In this document: positions 1 through 8,484 of the stretch, piece by piece
How positions within the stretch are numbered: the first letter of the stretch is position 1
Layout: each line of letters starts with the position of its first letter
Assembly: GCA_964524145.1 (NCBI GenBank)
Contig: CAZGCA010000010.1
Location: 13,807-77,806 of the forward strand
Source: an uncultured bacterium
GTDB lineage: Bacteria; Hydrogenedentota; CAZGCA01
Direction of reading: 5' to 3'
Length of the DNA: 64,000 bases
Made by a program: the position numbers and the translations under genes
Notes under the pieces: generated by a model
Seen by the model: only the letters and a program-made list of their open reading frames with translations
Database searches by the model: none
What the model was told of the DNA's origin: nothing

Positions 1-753
1 TACCCCATCGCTCGTGTCCCGTCTCGACCTTTGCGGCGTGCAGCAGGATGCCCCGGACGTTTCTGCTCCTGCGGAACTCGTTTGCTTCATCATCCTTTGT
101 GATGTAGTTGGGTATGTTCCCGCAGACTGACGCCTTCAGAGGCTCTTCGGTCTTGTTGTGCAGGACGTATCGCAGGATAGCTACCGGTATGCCGCTCGTA
201 TCGGCGTCGCACGGAACCATAGGGTTAAACGCCTTGATGGTAACGTCGACCGGCACATCAGGGTCGGAAAGGAAAACCTGGCCCAGCGGGTAGGCGGCGG
301 CGAAAGAGCATTCACGAAACCGCGGCAGCCCGTGGTTTACGGCGGTGCTGCCGAATGCCCCTTCGTATTGCGACGCGTCAATGGCCCCCTCAATAGCTCG
401 TGTGACCGCTTGTCCGTTCTGCCCTTCCACATAGAGGGCGAAAAAAGGCGAAACTCGTTCTCCCAACGTCGGCACGAACCCTTTGGCCGGGCGGTTCATG
501 ATCTCCCAGTCCTGCAGGTTGCCCCGTCCCCCCAGCGAAACCGTGCCCGTCCCGATGCCGCCCAAGGGAAGGGCAATACGGACGATGTGGTTCTGGTCAT
601 AGCGTTTCAGGATCGGCCAGTCCGTCCGGTCAATCTCTTCGACCGGTTTCAGTTCAAGGGATGCTGGGCGTTCCGATAGCGCTGAAGCCCTGCGTAGACA
701 GAGGCTGCATCCCACGAGAAGCACTACCACTGCAATTGAAAATGGTGTTTTCA
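1..753 (-). CDS. Lipoprotein with a GH116-like (glucosylceramidase N-terminal) domain; the 3' end runs off the window
   Basis: Reverse-strand translation from the ATG at 753 gives MKTPFSIAVVVLLVGCS (lipobox LVGC) ... PLGGIGTGTVSLGGRGNLQDWEI ..., which matches the LGGIGTG motif of the GH116/GBA2 N-terminal domain. The reading frame stays open to position 1. It is absent from the ORF track because it is partial. Confidence 0.45.
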
Positions 754-986
754 TGTCTTTTTCCTCCTCCGTTCGCACGAATCCAGCCGAACACGTTTCT
801 GAAACTCCATAGTACCCGAAAAGAAGAGTCTGTGCAACGATTGACGCAGAGCTGTTGAGTTGTCTGAAACGATTGTCCCAGCGCGGATTCCTCGCTGAAA
901 CGTCGCTCCCTTGGAAGCGTTCGGCATTGGCATGAGCGGGCACGTGCGGCAACGACGATTGTGGCACGAGGCGGAAAGGGCACCCT

Positions 987-1114
987 CACCCCAGCCCTCT
1001 CCCGGCGGGAGAGGGAGAATAGTCTCCCTGCAGTAATATGCGTGAAACGGCGGTCGCGACGCTGCCCAGACAACGCTCACCGATACTCCCTCGCCCTCTG
1101 GGAGAGGGCTGGGG
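987..1114. repeat. Intergenic GC-rich inverted repeat (REP-like hairpin element)
   Basis: ccctcaccccagccctctccc at 987-1007 is the exact reverse complement of gggagagggctggggtgaggg at 1094-1114. There is an internal mini-palindrome cctctcccggcgggagagg. The small ORFs across it are artifacts. Confidence 0.5.
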
Positions 1115-1321
1115 TGAGGGAACGCTTGTTCTCCGTCTTTTTCCGAAAGAGGTTTCGCCTGCAATGAGGAGTGAGAAAACGAAGTGTCCATAACGCAATG
1201 ATTGCTGTTGCTCTGTACAGTACTGCTATGACGTAATGCGGGCGTTGTCCATTGTTGGTCCGGTGAGAAATGCGGGCTGGTCTCGGTTTTCGAGCGGCAG
1301 GCAGGAACGCTGCGGAAATGC

Positions 1322-1930
1322 TCAGTCCGTACTCTCGGGGGCGGAAGGATTCTGTTCAGGCGTGGAATCTTCTGCTCGGGAGGATCCTGCCGCGTCGCGG
1401 CTCTCTGTGCGGGACAGAATTGCGCGCGCGGGCGACTCCACCAGTTCCACTATCTTCTGTGCTCGTGCCGTGAAGGATGCCTCGACCGACGAGAACGCGC
1501 GCACTGCAAGCGTAGTGAACGACGAAACGACGATGATAATGCCGGCAGCGACCGCAGCGGTCAGAACGTACGGGACCAGCACGCGACGGATGCGGCGCAG
1601 CCGTTCCCGGAACTCCTCTGAACGTCTTGCACGTCCCGCCAGACTGCCCACGGCGTGTTCCACACGTTGGCACAGCGCCTCGTTCGGTTCCACGGCAGGG
1701 AAGGCTTCCAGCATTCCCACTATCGACCGCAGCTCAACGACTTCCGACGCGCACGCAGCGCATTGCTTGAGATGGTGCTGGACCTCCAGCGCATCCCGAC
1801 CTTTGAGATTCAGGCACACGTGGTCCACAAACAGCTCGCCCAGTCGCTCGCAATCGCTGACGGCTGCTTGATCGTCTTCCCGGGGGTCAGAGTGAAACCC
1901 TGACGCCTCTTTCTTTTTGCCAGTCATCAT
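1322..1930 (-). CDS. Anti-sigma factor (ZAS-type zinc-binding, one transmembrane segment)
   Basis: It has the HLKQCAAC (H-x3-C-x2-C) zinc-binding anti-sigma motif and a hydrophobic stretch LVPYVLTAAVAAGIIIVV. It overlaps the upstream ECF sigma gene by 4 nt. Confidence 0.55.
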   Translation of the reverse strand: MMTGKKKEASGFHSDPREDDQAAVSDCERLGELFVDHVCLNLKGRDALEVQHHLKQCAACASEVVELRSIVGMLEAFPAVEPNEALCQRVEHAVGSLAGRARRSEEFRERLRRIRRVLVPYVLTAAVAAGIIIVVSSFTTLAVRAFSSVEASFTARAQKIVELVESPARAILSRTESRDAAGSSRAEDSTPEQNPSAPESTD

Positions 1931-2643
1931 TGCTCACTTCGCCCGGGGTAGTCCCGGAATGTTTCGTGCGGCAAGATTCGCCTCAGTTCGCGAAGGCCGT
2001 AGAAGACGCGCGAACGCGCCGTACCTTCAGGACACCCGACAATCTCGCCTATCTCTCTGTACCGCAACTTGTTGTAAAAAAAGAGGACAATCACCTCTCT
2101 GTGCTTGTCATCAAGCTTCGCGATAGCCTGGCTCAGCAACCGGTTCCTTTCTTCGTTCGCTGCGGCTATACCCGGTTGGCCCCAGTCGTCCCGCCGACGC
2201 TCGCCCTGCTGCCGTACGGTTTGCACAGCTCTTGCACGCACCCCGCGTCGACGCAACTCGTCTATGCACGCGTTCCGCGCAATCTGGTAAAGCCATGTGC
2301 TGAAAGCACTTCCGGGCTTGTAGCGTGCCGCATTCTTGAACAACCGCAGAAACACCTCCTGGAATATGTCCTCTGCACACGAGTAGTCGCCAACGTAATG
2401 CAGAATAAAGCTGAAAATCCGTCTCCGATACCGGTAGAACAGCTCTTGGAACGCATCCTCGTCCCCCTTGGCGCATCTTCGCACCAGGATCTCGTCCGAA
2501 CGACCGGACGCTGCCGTCTGGCGTCTCGTATGCTTCTCAGATAGTGGATACGGACGAGTGGCGTCTTCGTTCAATAATTGTGCGGCACCTATCGGGCGAA
2601 GTCGGCTGATGTCTTGTCGAGGAACCGCCCGTACGCCCGACAT
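1927..2643 (-). CDS. ECF-family RNA polymerase sigma factor (the true start is probably internal to this ORF)
   Basis: Region-2-like sequence ILVRRCAKGDEDAFQELFYRYRRRIFSF...WLYQIARNACIDELRR and a region-4 helix-turn-helix YREIGEIVGCPEGTARSRVFYGLRELR. It is co-oriented and overlapping with the anti-sigma gene. Confidence 0.75.
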   Translation of the reverse strand: MSGVRAVPRQDISRLRPIGAAQLLNEDATRPYPLSEKHTRRQTAASGRSDEILVRRCAKGDEDAFQELFYRYRRRIFSFILHYVGDYSCAEDIFQEVFLRLFKNAARYKPGSAFSTWLYQIARNACIDELRRRGVRARAVQTVRQQGERRRDDWGQPGIAAANEERNRLLSQAIAKLDDKHREVIVLFFYNKLRYREIGEIVGCPEGTARSRVFYGLRELRRILPHETFRDYPGRSEQ

Positions 2644-2674
2644 ACGCTACCTGCCTCGTGTCGTTTTCACGTCT

Positions 2675-3547
2675 TCAGGAGTCCCTGCCGAAACCGTGGA
2701 TCTTGTCGGACGACCCGTACGTACGCATCTTCTTGACGATTGTCTCCATTTCGGCTTCCATGGCCGACCCGTATATCTCGGTGGGCACTCGGCGCGAGGG
2801 CCGTCGCGAGAGCATGTCGCGCAACCCCTCGAAAAACGCGCGTCGTATCTCCGCTCCCACGTCGATCTTGGCCGCGCCCAGACCGATGGCCTCCCAAATG
2901 TCTTCGTCGAAGATGCCCGGAAAGCTCCGAAACGCGATAGGCAAATCCTTCTCGCTCGAGACGCGTTCCATGAGCTTGAGCTCGAGCTTGGGTTCAGTCT
3001 CCAAATGGGTTTCGTCCTGGAGGAACACCATGTTCAGGGAGCATATCCCGGTCTGTTCGGCGAAAGCGACAGCCTCCGGCGGTGTCACGTTGACCCGCGA
3101 GCCGCGCCCCGAGCTGCCCGGCCCGCTGTCCGCGACAAGACGCAACGTGGCCTCGACGGTGGCGCCGTTCTCTGCTGCAAGATGCATCACATCCGACGTG
3201 AGGGATAGGGTGTCCCGGAGCTTGTGCGTCGAGATATCCACGGAAACACCGTTTGCGCCGCACTCCAAGGCGATGCGTGCATCCTCGACCGATTTCGCGC
3301 CGCCCAATATCAAGGCCGCGGGCGCGGCGGACTGCTCGACGGTGTGGCGGCACGCGAGAAAGACGTCCTCGGGCTCGACGAGAGCGAGGTCTTCGGACCG
3401 CACGCTGACGATAAGAGGCGAGTTTTCGGCCTCCGCGGCAGCCAGCGCCGCTCGGGCGGAGAAGATGTCCCACACCTCGAAACATCCCACGGCGTACCGT
3501 CGCCTGCGGGCGTCTGCCAGTATCTCGTCAAACGCTATGAGCGGCAT
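2675..3547 (-). CDS. Class II aldolase family protein (FBA/tagatose-bisphosphate aldolase fold), divergent
   Basis: The N-terminus MPLIAFDEILADARRRRYAVGCFEVWDI...SPLIVSV parallels class II aldolases (compare KbaY [27 protein letters not shown]). The canonical HLDH metal-binding motif appears to be replaced by ILGGA. Confidence 0.5.
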   Translation of the reverse strand: MPLIAFDEILADARRRRYAVGCFEVWDIFSARAALAAAEAENSPLIVSVRSEDLALVEPEDVFLACRHTVEQSAAPAALILGGAKSVEDARIALECGANGVSVDISTHKLRDTLSLTSDVMHLAAENGATVEATLRLVADSGPGSSGRGSRVNVTPPEAVAFAEQTGICSLNMVFLQDETHLETEPKLELKLMERVSSEKDLPIAFRSFPGIFDEDIWEAIGLGAAKIDVGAEIRRAFFEGLRDMLSRRPSRRVPTEIYGSAMEAEMETIVKKMRTYGSSDKIHGFGRDS

Positions 3548-3752
3548 CTGGATATCCTAGCCCATTCTCTGGACACCGGCGTGCGTCTTGACCTTTGATC
3601 CGGTGCCTCCACCTAACAGTGTGCACGATTCGCAAAGGATTTATCAAGCCGGGTGTCAAAGAGAAAACGAAGAAACGTGTCGGCAGGTGCTGCCCGAAAA
3701 GAAGCAAAGCGTTCGTTTTAATGTAGAGTCTTCGGACGCATCGCGGCTGATC

Positions 3753-5174
3753 TCAGTCTGTATCCCCTCGCCAGACAATATCGCCGGACCAGAAATCGTG
3801 TCTGCCGCCGTCGTCGATGAGGTTTTGCCCGACGCTGTACAGGAGAAACCCGTCGTCTGAAGGCTGGTAGTGGTAGGCGTTGCCGGTGAACGGATCGACG
3901 GGCGGCGACTCGCCGAGTTCGGGGGCGACGGCGTCGAGGCGTTCCGGATACGTTCCGGTGCTTGCCTTGTATTGCTCGACCAGGAGACCCATCTGCACCA
4001 GGTCGAGCATGGCTTCGTGCTGGGCTTGCGTGTGAAAGGAGGTTGTCGTGAATAGTAGTCGCGACAAAACCCTGGTCCGTGGCAGGCTTCGGACGCCCTT
4101 TTCTATCCGGCCGAGTTCGGGCGCGGCTCCATAGTAAGGAAGTTCTGCTACAGAGATGAGTTGAGTCATGATGTCAATGTACGTTGCCTCGTCCATGTCA
4201 ACCCACGGCCGTCGCAACGGACTGGAGTAGAACCGTACGCACATCCATTCCACAGGATTCGTGCTGCTGACCCTTTCAAACCAGGCGAGCCTTTCCAAGT
4301 CACCAGCCCGAAGGTCAGAGAACGTACGAAGCTCCAGATGCAACGCTCCCGCCAGGGATTCGGCGAACGCGTGCCGGTGGTCCGCCTGGGCGATATGCGA
4401 CAAGAGCTTGTCAGTAAGTTCAACCGATAGATCCCCGCCGTCGAACGAGTCTCGAAGAGCATAGATCATACCCCTATATATCTCTGTATGCATGGCTTGC
4501 GATGCGCGGACAGGTTCCAGCGTCAAAGCATCCGCGAGCTTCATTCCGGCGACAATGTCCTCGATCGCCTCGGAATGCTTGCCTTTTCCCGCTTTCATGA
4601 TGGCATCGACACCGAGCAGCCTGGCGCACCAGGATAGCGGCGAAAGATGCGGGAGTTCGAGTCCGAAGTAACCTTTTGAAAGGTCAAGAGGATAGACCGG
4701 TCCTCCGCGGTCTGCCATCAGCCTGATTTCGTCTATGAGGTCTTGATTCGCGAGCACGAACTCCGCCAGTTCGGGCATCCCAGCGACGAACCACCCTTCC
4801 GGAAGATCGTTCCGAATACCTGGACCCACTCCGAGAGGTCTGAGTCTCTCCTTTAGACTGGTAAAGAGGTCGTCGTACCGATTGATGGCACCTATGGCGT
4901 TTCTTGGGAACCCGTCGAATCCGGTAACATCCTCATGCCCGGACTCGCGTGCCGATTCGGCAACCTGTTCTCCGCGAATCTGATCGAGAAGCGCTTCGTA
5001 AGCGTCCATTGCCGCCGGTCTTCTTACCTGGGCCTGTTTCGCGGTCCGGCTTCGTTCCGCCACATTCACAAACGATACGTAGACTGCAATAACGAACCCT
5101 GCCAGAGCGGCGAATACGATCAGCAGCTTCGCGACGGACCGCTGCATCGCATGGCTCGGTTCCGCTTGTTTCAC
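3753..5174 (-). CDS. Membrane-anchored protein with a GspG-like (T2SS pseudopilin C-terminal) domain, paralog 1 of 4
   Basis: N-terminal signal anchor (AMQRSVAKLLIVFAALAGFVIAVYVSF). The C-terminus PVDPFTGNAYHYQPSDDGFLLYSVGQNLIDDGGRHDFWSGDIVW resembles the GspG C-terminus (DPWGNPY..Y...G.YDL.SLGADG..GG...DI.NW). It shares a conserved middle region with the next three genes. Confidence 0.6.
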   Translation of the reverse strand: MKQAEPSHAMQRSVAKLLIVFAALAGFVIAVYVSFVNVAERSRTAKQAQVRRPAAMDAYEALLDQIRGEQVAESARESGHEDVTGFDGFPRNAIGAINRYDDLFTSLKERLRPLGVGPGIRNDLPEGWFVAGMPELAEFVLANQDLIDEIRLMADRGGPVYPLDLSKGYFGLELPHLSPLSWCARLLGVDAIMKAGKGKHSEAIEDIVAGMKLADALTLEPVRASQAMHTEIYRGMIYALRDSFDGGDLSVELTDKLLSHIAQADHRHAFAESLAGALHLELRTFSDLRAGDLERLAWFERVSSTNPVEWMCVRFYSSPLRRPWVDMDEATYIDIMTQLISVAELPYYGAAPELGRIEKGVRSLPRTRVLSRLLFTTTSFHTQAQHEAMLDLVQMGLLVEQYKASTGTYPERLDAVAPELGESPPVDPFTGNAYHYQPSDDGFLLYSVGQNLIDDGGRHDFWSGDIVWRGDTD

Positions 5175-7042
5175 TATTCGCCTCGCCAGACGATATCGCC
5201 GGACCCGAAACTGTGTCTGCCGCCGTCATCAGTAAGATTGCTGCCGACGCTGTACAGGAGAAAACCGTCGTCTGACGGCTGGTACTGGTACGCCTTGCCG
5301 GTGAACGGATCGACGGGCAACGACCCTCCGAGCTCCGGGACGATGGCGTCCAGATCTTCCGGATACGTTCCGGTGCTTGCTTTGTATTGCTCGACCAGGA
5401 TGCCCATCTGCATCAGGTCGAGCGTTGCCTCGTGTCGGGCCTGAGCTTCGCACGTGCCGGACAGTCCGGAGACGATATGCATCTTTGCCAAAATCCGCGT
5501 GTTGGGCAGGTTTCTGGTTTCTGTCTCGAGCCGCATGAGCTGCGGTGCGGCTTCGTAGTAGGGCAGCTCGGCCGCGGAACTTGCCCGGCTCATAATGTCG
5601 ATGTACGCCGCTCCGTCCATGTTCAGCCACGGCCTCCCCAGCGTGCTCTTGTACGTGGTAAGAAAGAGCCGCTCCACGGTGTCTGAAGAGTCGATGAGCT
5701 CACTGAACAGGTCGAGCATCTCCGGGTCGCGAGTCCGCAGGTCCGAGAAGGACTGGAGCGCCATGTACAACTCTCCCGCGAGCGACTCGCCCAACGCGTG
5801 CCGGTTATACGCCTGGGCAGCGTGGGCCATCAGCCGCTGCGTCTGTTCACGGGTAAGGTCGCCGGCGTCGAACAACGATTGGAACGTGCTGGTCATGGTG
5901 GCGTATGTGTCTGTGCGTAAGCGCTGCGATGCCAGGAGAGGTTCATTCGCCAACGCGTCCCCGAGCTTCATCCCGGCGATGATGTCGTCAAACGCCTCGG
6001 ATTTGTTCCCTTGCGACGCCATGACGACGGCATCCAGCCGAAGCAGCGCGGCGCACCTGTGCAACGGCGAAATATGGTGCGGTTCCAGGTCTAACCCTTC
6101 CGAGAAATCGAGCACACAAACCGGGCCGCCGCGGTCTGCCATCTCTCTGATCTCGCCCAACAGATCGCGGTTCGCAGCCAGAACCTCCGCGATGCTCGAC
6201 AGTTCGTCGTCCGGCCACTTGTAACCGGGCCGCCGCGAAAGAGCGCTGTATAGATCCAGCCCTGGTTGCCGCGCGCGAGCGTTCAGCATCATACTCCTCA
6301 GCCTCGACGCCCTATCATCAGTTGGCTGCCGCAACCCCTCGCCCGGCCCCACAAACCCCTGTTCTCCTACCACCACGCGTTGTGGCCTCGAGGCAACCAG
6401 CCCTGGTTGCCGCGCGCGAGCGTTCAGCATCATACTCCTCAGCCTCGACGCCCTATCATCAGTTGGCTGCCGCAACCCCTCGCCCGGCCCCACAAACCCC
6501 TGTTCTCCTACCACCACGCGTTGTGGCCTCGAGGCAACCAGCCCTGGTTGCCGCGTGCGAGCGGCCTCCATCATTCTCCTCAACTGCGACGCTCTATCAT
6601 CAGTTGGCTGCCGCAACGTCAGGCCTGAAAAACCCCCAAACCCCTGTCCTCCTACCACCACGCCTTGCGGCATCGAGGCGGCCAGCACCGTTTCCAGGTG
6701 TTCGAACAGACGCTGGTATCCCACTATGATCTCCATGGCGTCTTCTGGAAACACGGCCAACTGCGAAACATCCTGCTGCCCGGGCCGCAACGCCCGCGTG
6801 GTGATATCCGAACCTTCGTCAAAGAAGAAGCTCCAGTCGCCGGAAAGTTCTGCAACAAGTGTCTGGTATGCGTCTATCGCTGCCGGTCTCCTGACCTGGG
6901 CGAGATTTGCGGCAAGCCTCTGTTCCGCCAGGTACGTGAACGAGACACCGGCCGTTATAACACATCCCAGCACAGCGACGACTATGACGAGCAGCCGCGT
7001 GGCCGACCGCTGCATCGCGTGGCTCCGTTTCTCGTCTCTCAC
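5174..7042 (-). CDS. GspG-like C-terminal domain protein, paralog 2, expanded by an internal 47-aa tandem repeat
   Basis: Same N- and C-terminal architecture as 3753..5174. It is 622 aa because of the repeats (see the repeat feature at 6260..6640). Its stop coincides with the start of paralog 1. Confidence 0.6.
   Translation of the reverse strand: MRDEKRSHAMQRSATRLLVIVVAVLGCVITAGVSFTYLAEQRLAANLAQVRRPAAIDAYQTLVAELSGDWSFFFDEGSDITTRALRPGQQDVSQLAVFPEDAMEIIVGYQRLFEHLETVLAASMPQGVVVGGQGFGGFSGLTLRQPTDDRASQLRRMMEAARTRQPGLVASRPQRVVVGEQGFVGPGEGLRQPTDDRASRLRSMMLNARARQPGLVASRPQRVVVGEQGFVGPGEGLRQPTDDRASRLRSMMLNARARQPGLDLYSALSRRPGYKWPDDELSSIAEVLAANRDLLGEIREMADRGGPVCVLDFSEGLDLEPHHISPLHRCAALLRLDAVVMASQGNKSEAFDDIIAGMKLGDALANEPLLASQRLRTDTYATMTSTFQSLFDAGDLTREQTQRLMAHAAQAYNRHALGESLAGELYMALQSFSDLRTRDPEMLDLFSELIDSSDTVERLFLTTYKSTLGRPWLNMDGAAYIDIMSRASSAAELPYYEAAPQLMRLETETRNLPNTRILAKMHIVSGLSGTCEAQARHEATLDLMQMGILVEQYKASTGTYPEDLDAIVPELGGSLPVDPFTGKAYQYQPSDDGFLLYSVGSNLTDDGGRHSFGSGDIVWRGE
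6260..6640. repeat. In-frame 141-bp tandem repeat (2 perfect copies plus 1 degenerate) inside paralog 2
   Basis: The sequence ccctggttgccgcgcgcgagcgttcagcatcatactcctcagcctcgacgccc... starts at 6260 and again at 6401; a diverged copy starts at 6542. On the minus strand it encodes the repeat RPQRVVVGEQGFVGPGEGLRQPTDDRASRLRSMMLNARARQPGLVAS. The plus-strand ORFs 6266..6628 and 6322..6729 are repeat artifacts. Confidence 0.85.
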
Positions 7043-8484
7043 TCTTCACCTCGCCATACGATATCGCCGGACCTGAACTCATGTGTGCCGCCGTCGTCGA
7101 TCAGGTTCTGCCCGATGCTGTACAGAAGGAAGCCGTCGTCTGAAGGTTGGTACAGGTACGGATTGCCGGTAAACGGGTCGACGGGCAGCGAACCGCCGAA
7201 TTCCGGGGCAATGGCATCCAGGCTTTCCGGATACGATCCGGTGCGCGCATGGTGTTGTTCCACGAGAATGCCCATTTGCATCAGGTCGAGTATGGCTTCG
7301 TGCCGTGCCTGCGACTCGTACGCGCGCATCAAGCCAGGTATCAGCCTGTCCGAGAGAACCCGCGTGGGCGCCAAGCTCGAAAAATCCATCTCTATCTGAT
7401 TCATCTCGGGTGCAGCCTCGTAATACGGTTGCTCGGCAGCCGAACAGAGTCGGCCTATGAGGTCGGCGTACGCTGCCTCGTCCATGTTCAGCCAGGGCCT
7501 TCCCAACGGACTCCTGTAGAAGTCTCGGATCAATTCATCGATCGTGTCTGGAGCTCCAGCTCCAAGGTAGAACGCCAAATCAAACGCATCCCGTTTGGCG
7601 GGGTTAGGTTCACGGAGACCGGAGAAGATCTGGAGGCCCATATGCAGTTCTCCGGCCAACGAATCGGCGAAGGCACGCCGGTCGCGCCCCCGGGCGATCT
7701 GCATCATGAGCCGGCGGGTCTGTTCCGGTGAAAGGTCCGCGCCCTCGAGCGAAACCTGCAGCCCACTGCTTAGGATGCCGTTCATCGCTATCCGCACGAA
7801 CTGGCTGATAAGCACAGGTTCCTGCTTCAACGCCTCGCCCAGTTTCATCCCGGCAATAACGTCCTCGAACGCCTCGGTCTTGTTCCCTTCCATCGCCTTG
7901 ATGATTGCGTCGGCACGAAGCAGTCTGGCGCACTCACGCATTGGAGCGAGATGCGGCAGGTCCATCGCCAACCCTTTCGAGAAATCGAGCGGATAGACGG
8001 GGCCGCCGCGCTCGGAAAGCTGCCGGATTTCGCGTACCACATCCTGGTTTTCGGCCAGCAATTCGGCAACCTGTTGCCGCGTTTCGTCACTCCAGTCATG
8101 CCACCGTTGTGGAACATCCTGCCAGGGAACGTCGCTGGCTCGTAGCGGCTTCAACGTCGTAAAGAGAAGCTGATCGTACCCTTCCATGATCTCCATCGCG
8201 TCTTCCGGAAACCCCTCGAATGGCGAGGTTCTTTGTTGCCCGGCATCGTCTGCGCTCTCCTCGGTGAAAACGCTCCAGTCGCCGGAAAGCTCAGCGTAGA
8301 GCCTCTCGTACGCGTCTATCGTTGCGGGCTTCCGAACGTTCGCAAGCTTCGAAGCGAGGTTCTTTTCCGTGACAAGCACAAATGAGACGCAGGCCGCGAT
8401 AACGAATCCTGCCACGGCGGCAAGTATGAGTACCGGCCGTCCAACGGACCGCTGCGTTCCACGTGTTGCTCTGTCGTCTTTCAC
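7039..8484 (-). CDS. GspG-like C-terminal domain protein, paralog 3
   Basis: Conserved blocks ADRGGPVYPLDFSKG...LAGELHMGLQIFSGLR and a C-terminus PVDPFTGNPYLYQPSDDGFLLYSIGQNLIDDGG. There is a 4-nt overlap with the flanking paralogs. Confidence 0.6.
   Translation of the reverse strand: MKDDRATRGTQRSVGRPVLILAAVAGFVIAACVSFVLVTEKNLASKLANVRKPATIDAYERLYAELSGDWSVFTEESADDAGQQRTSPFEGFPEDAMEIMEGYDQLLFTTLKPLRASDVPWQDVPQRWHDWSDETRQQVAELLAENQDVVREIRQLSERGGPVYPLDFSKGLAMDLPHLAPMRECARLLRADAIIKAMEGNKTEAFEDVIAGMKLGEALKQEPVLISQFVRIAMNGILSSGLQVSLEGADLSPEQTRRLMMQIARGRDRRAFADSLAGELHMGLQIFSGLREPNPAKRDAFDLAFYLGAGAPDTIDELIRDFYRSPLGRPWLNMDEAAYADLIGRLCSAAEQPYYEAAPEMNQIEMDFSSLAPTRVLSDRLIPGLMRAYESQARHEAILDLMQMGILVEQHHARTGSYPESLDAIAPEFGGSLPVDPFTGNPYLYQPSDDGFLLYSIGQNLIDDGGTHEFRSGDIVWRGEE

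Noticed and set aside
6266-6729. Plus-strand ORFs 6266..6628 and 6322..6729 with internally repeated proteins
   Set aside because: They are antisense read-through of the 141-bp tandem repeat inside the minus-strand paralog gene. There is no independent coding evidence.
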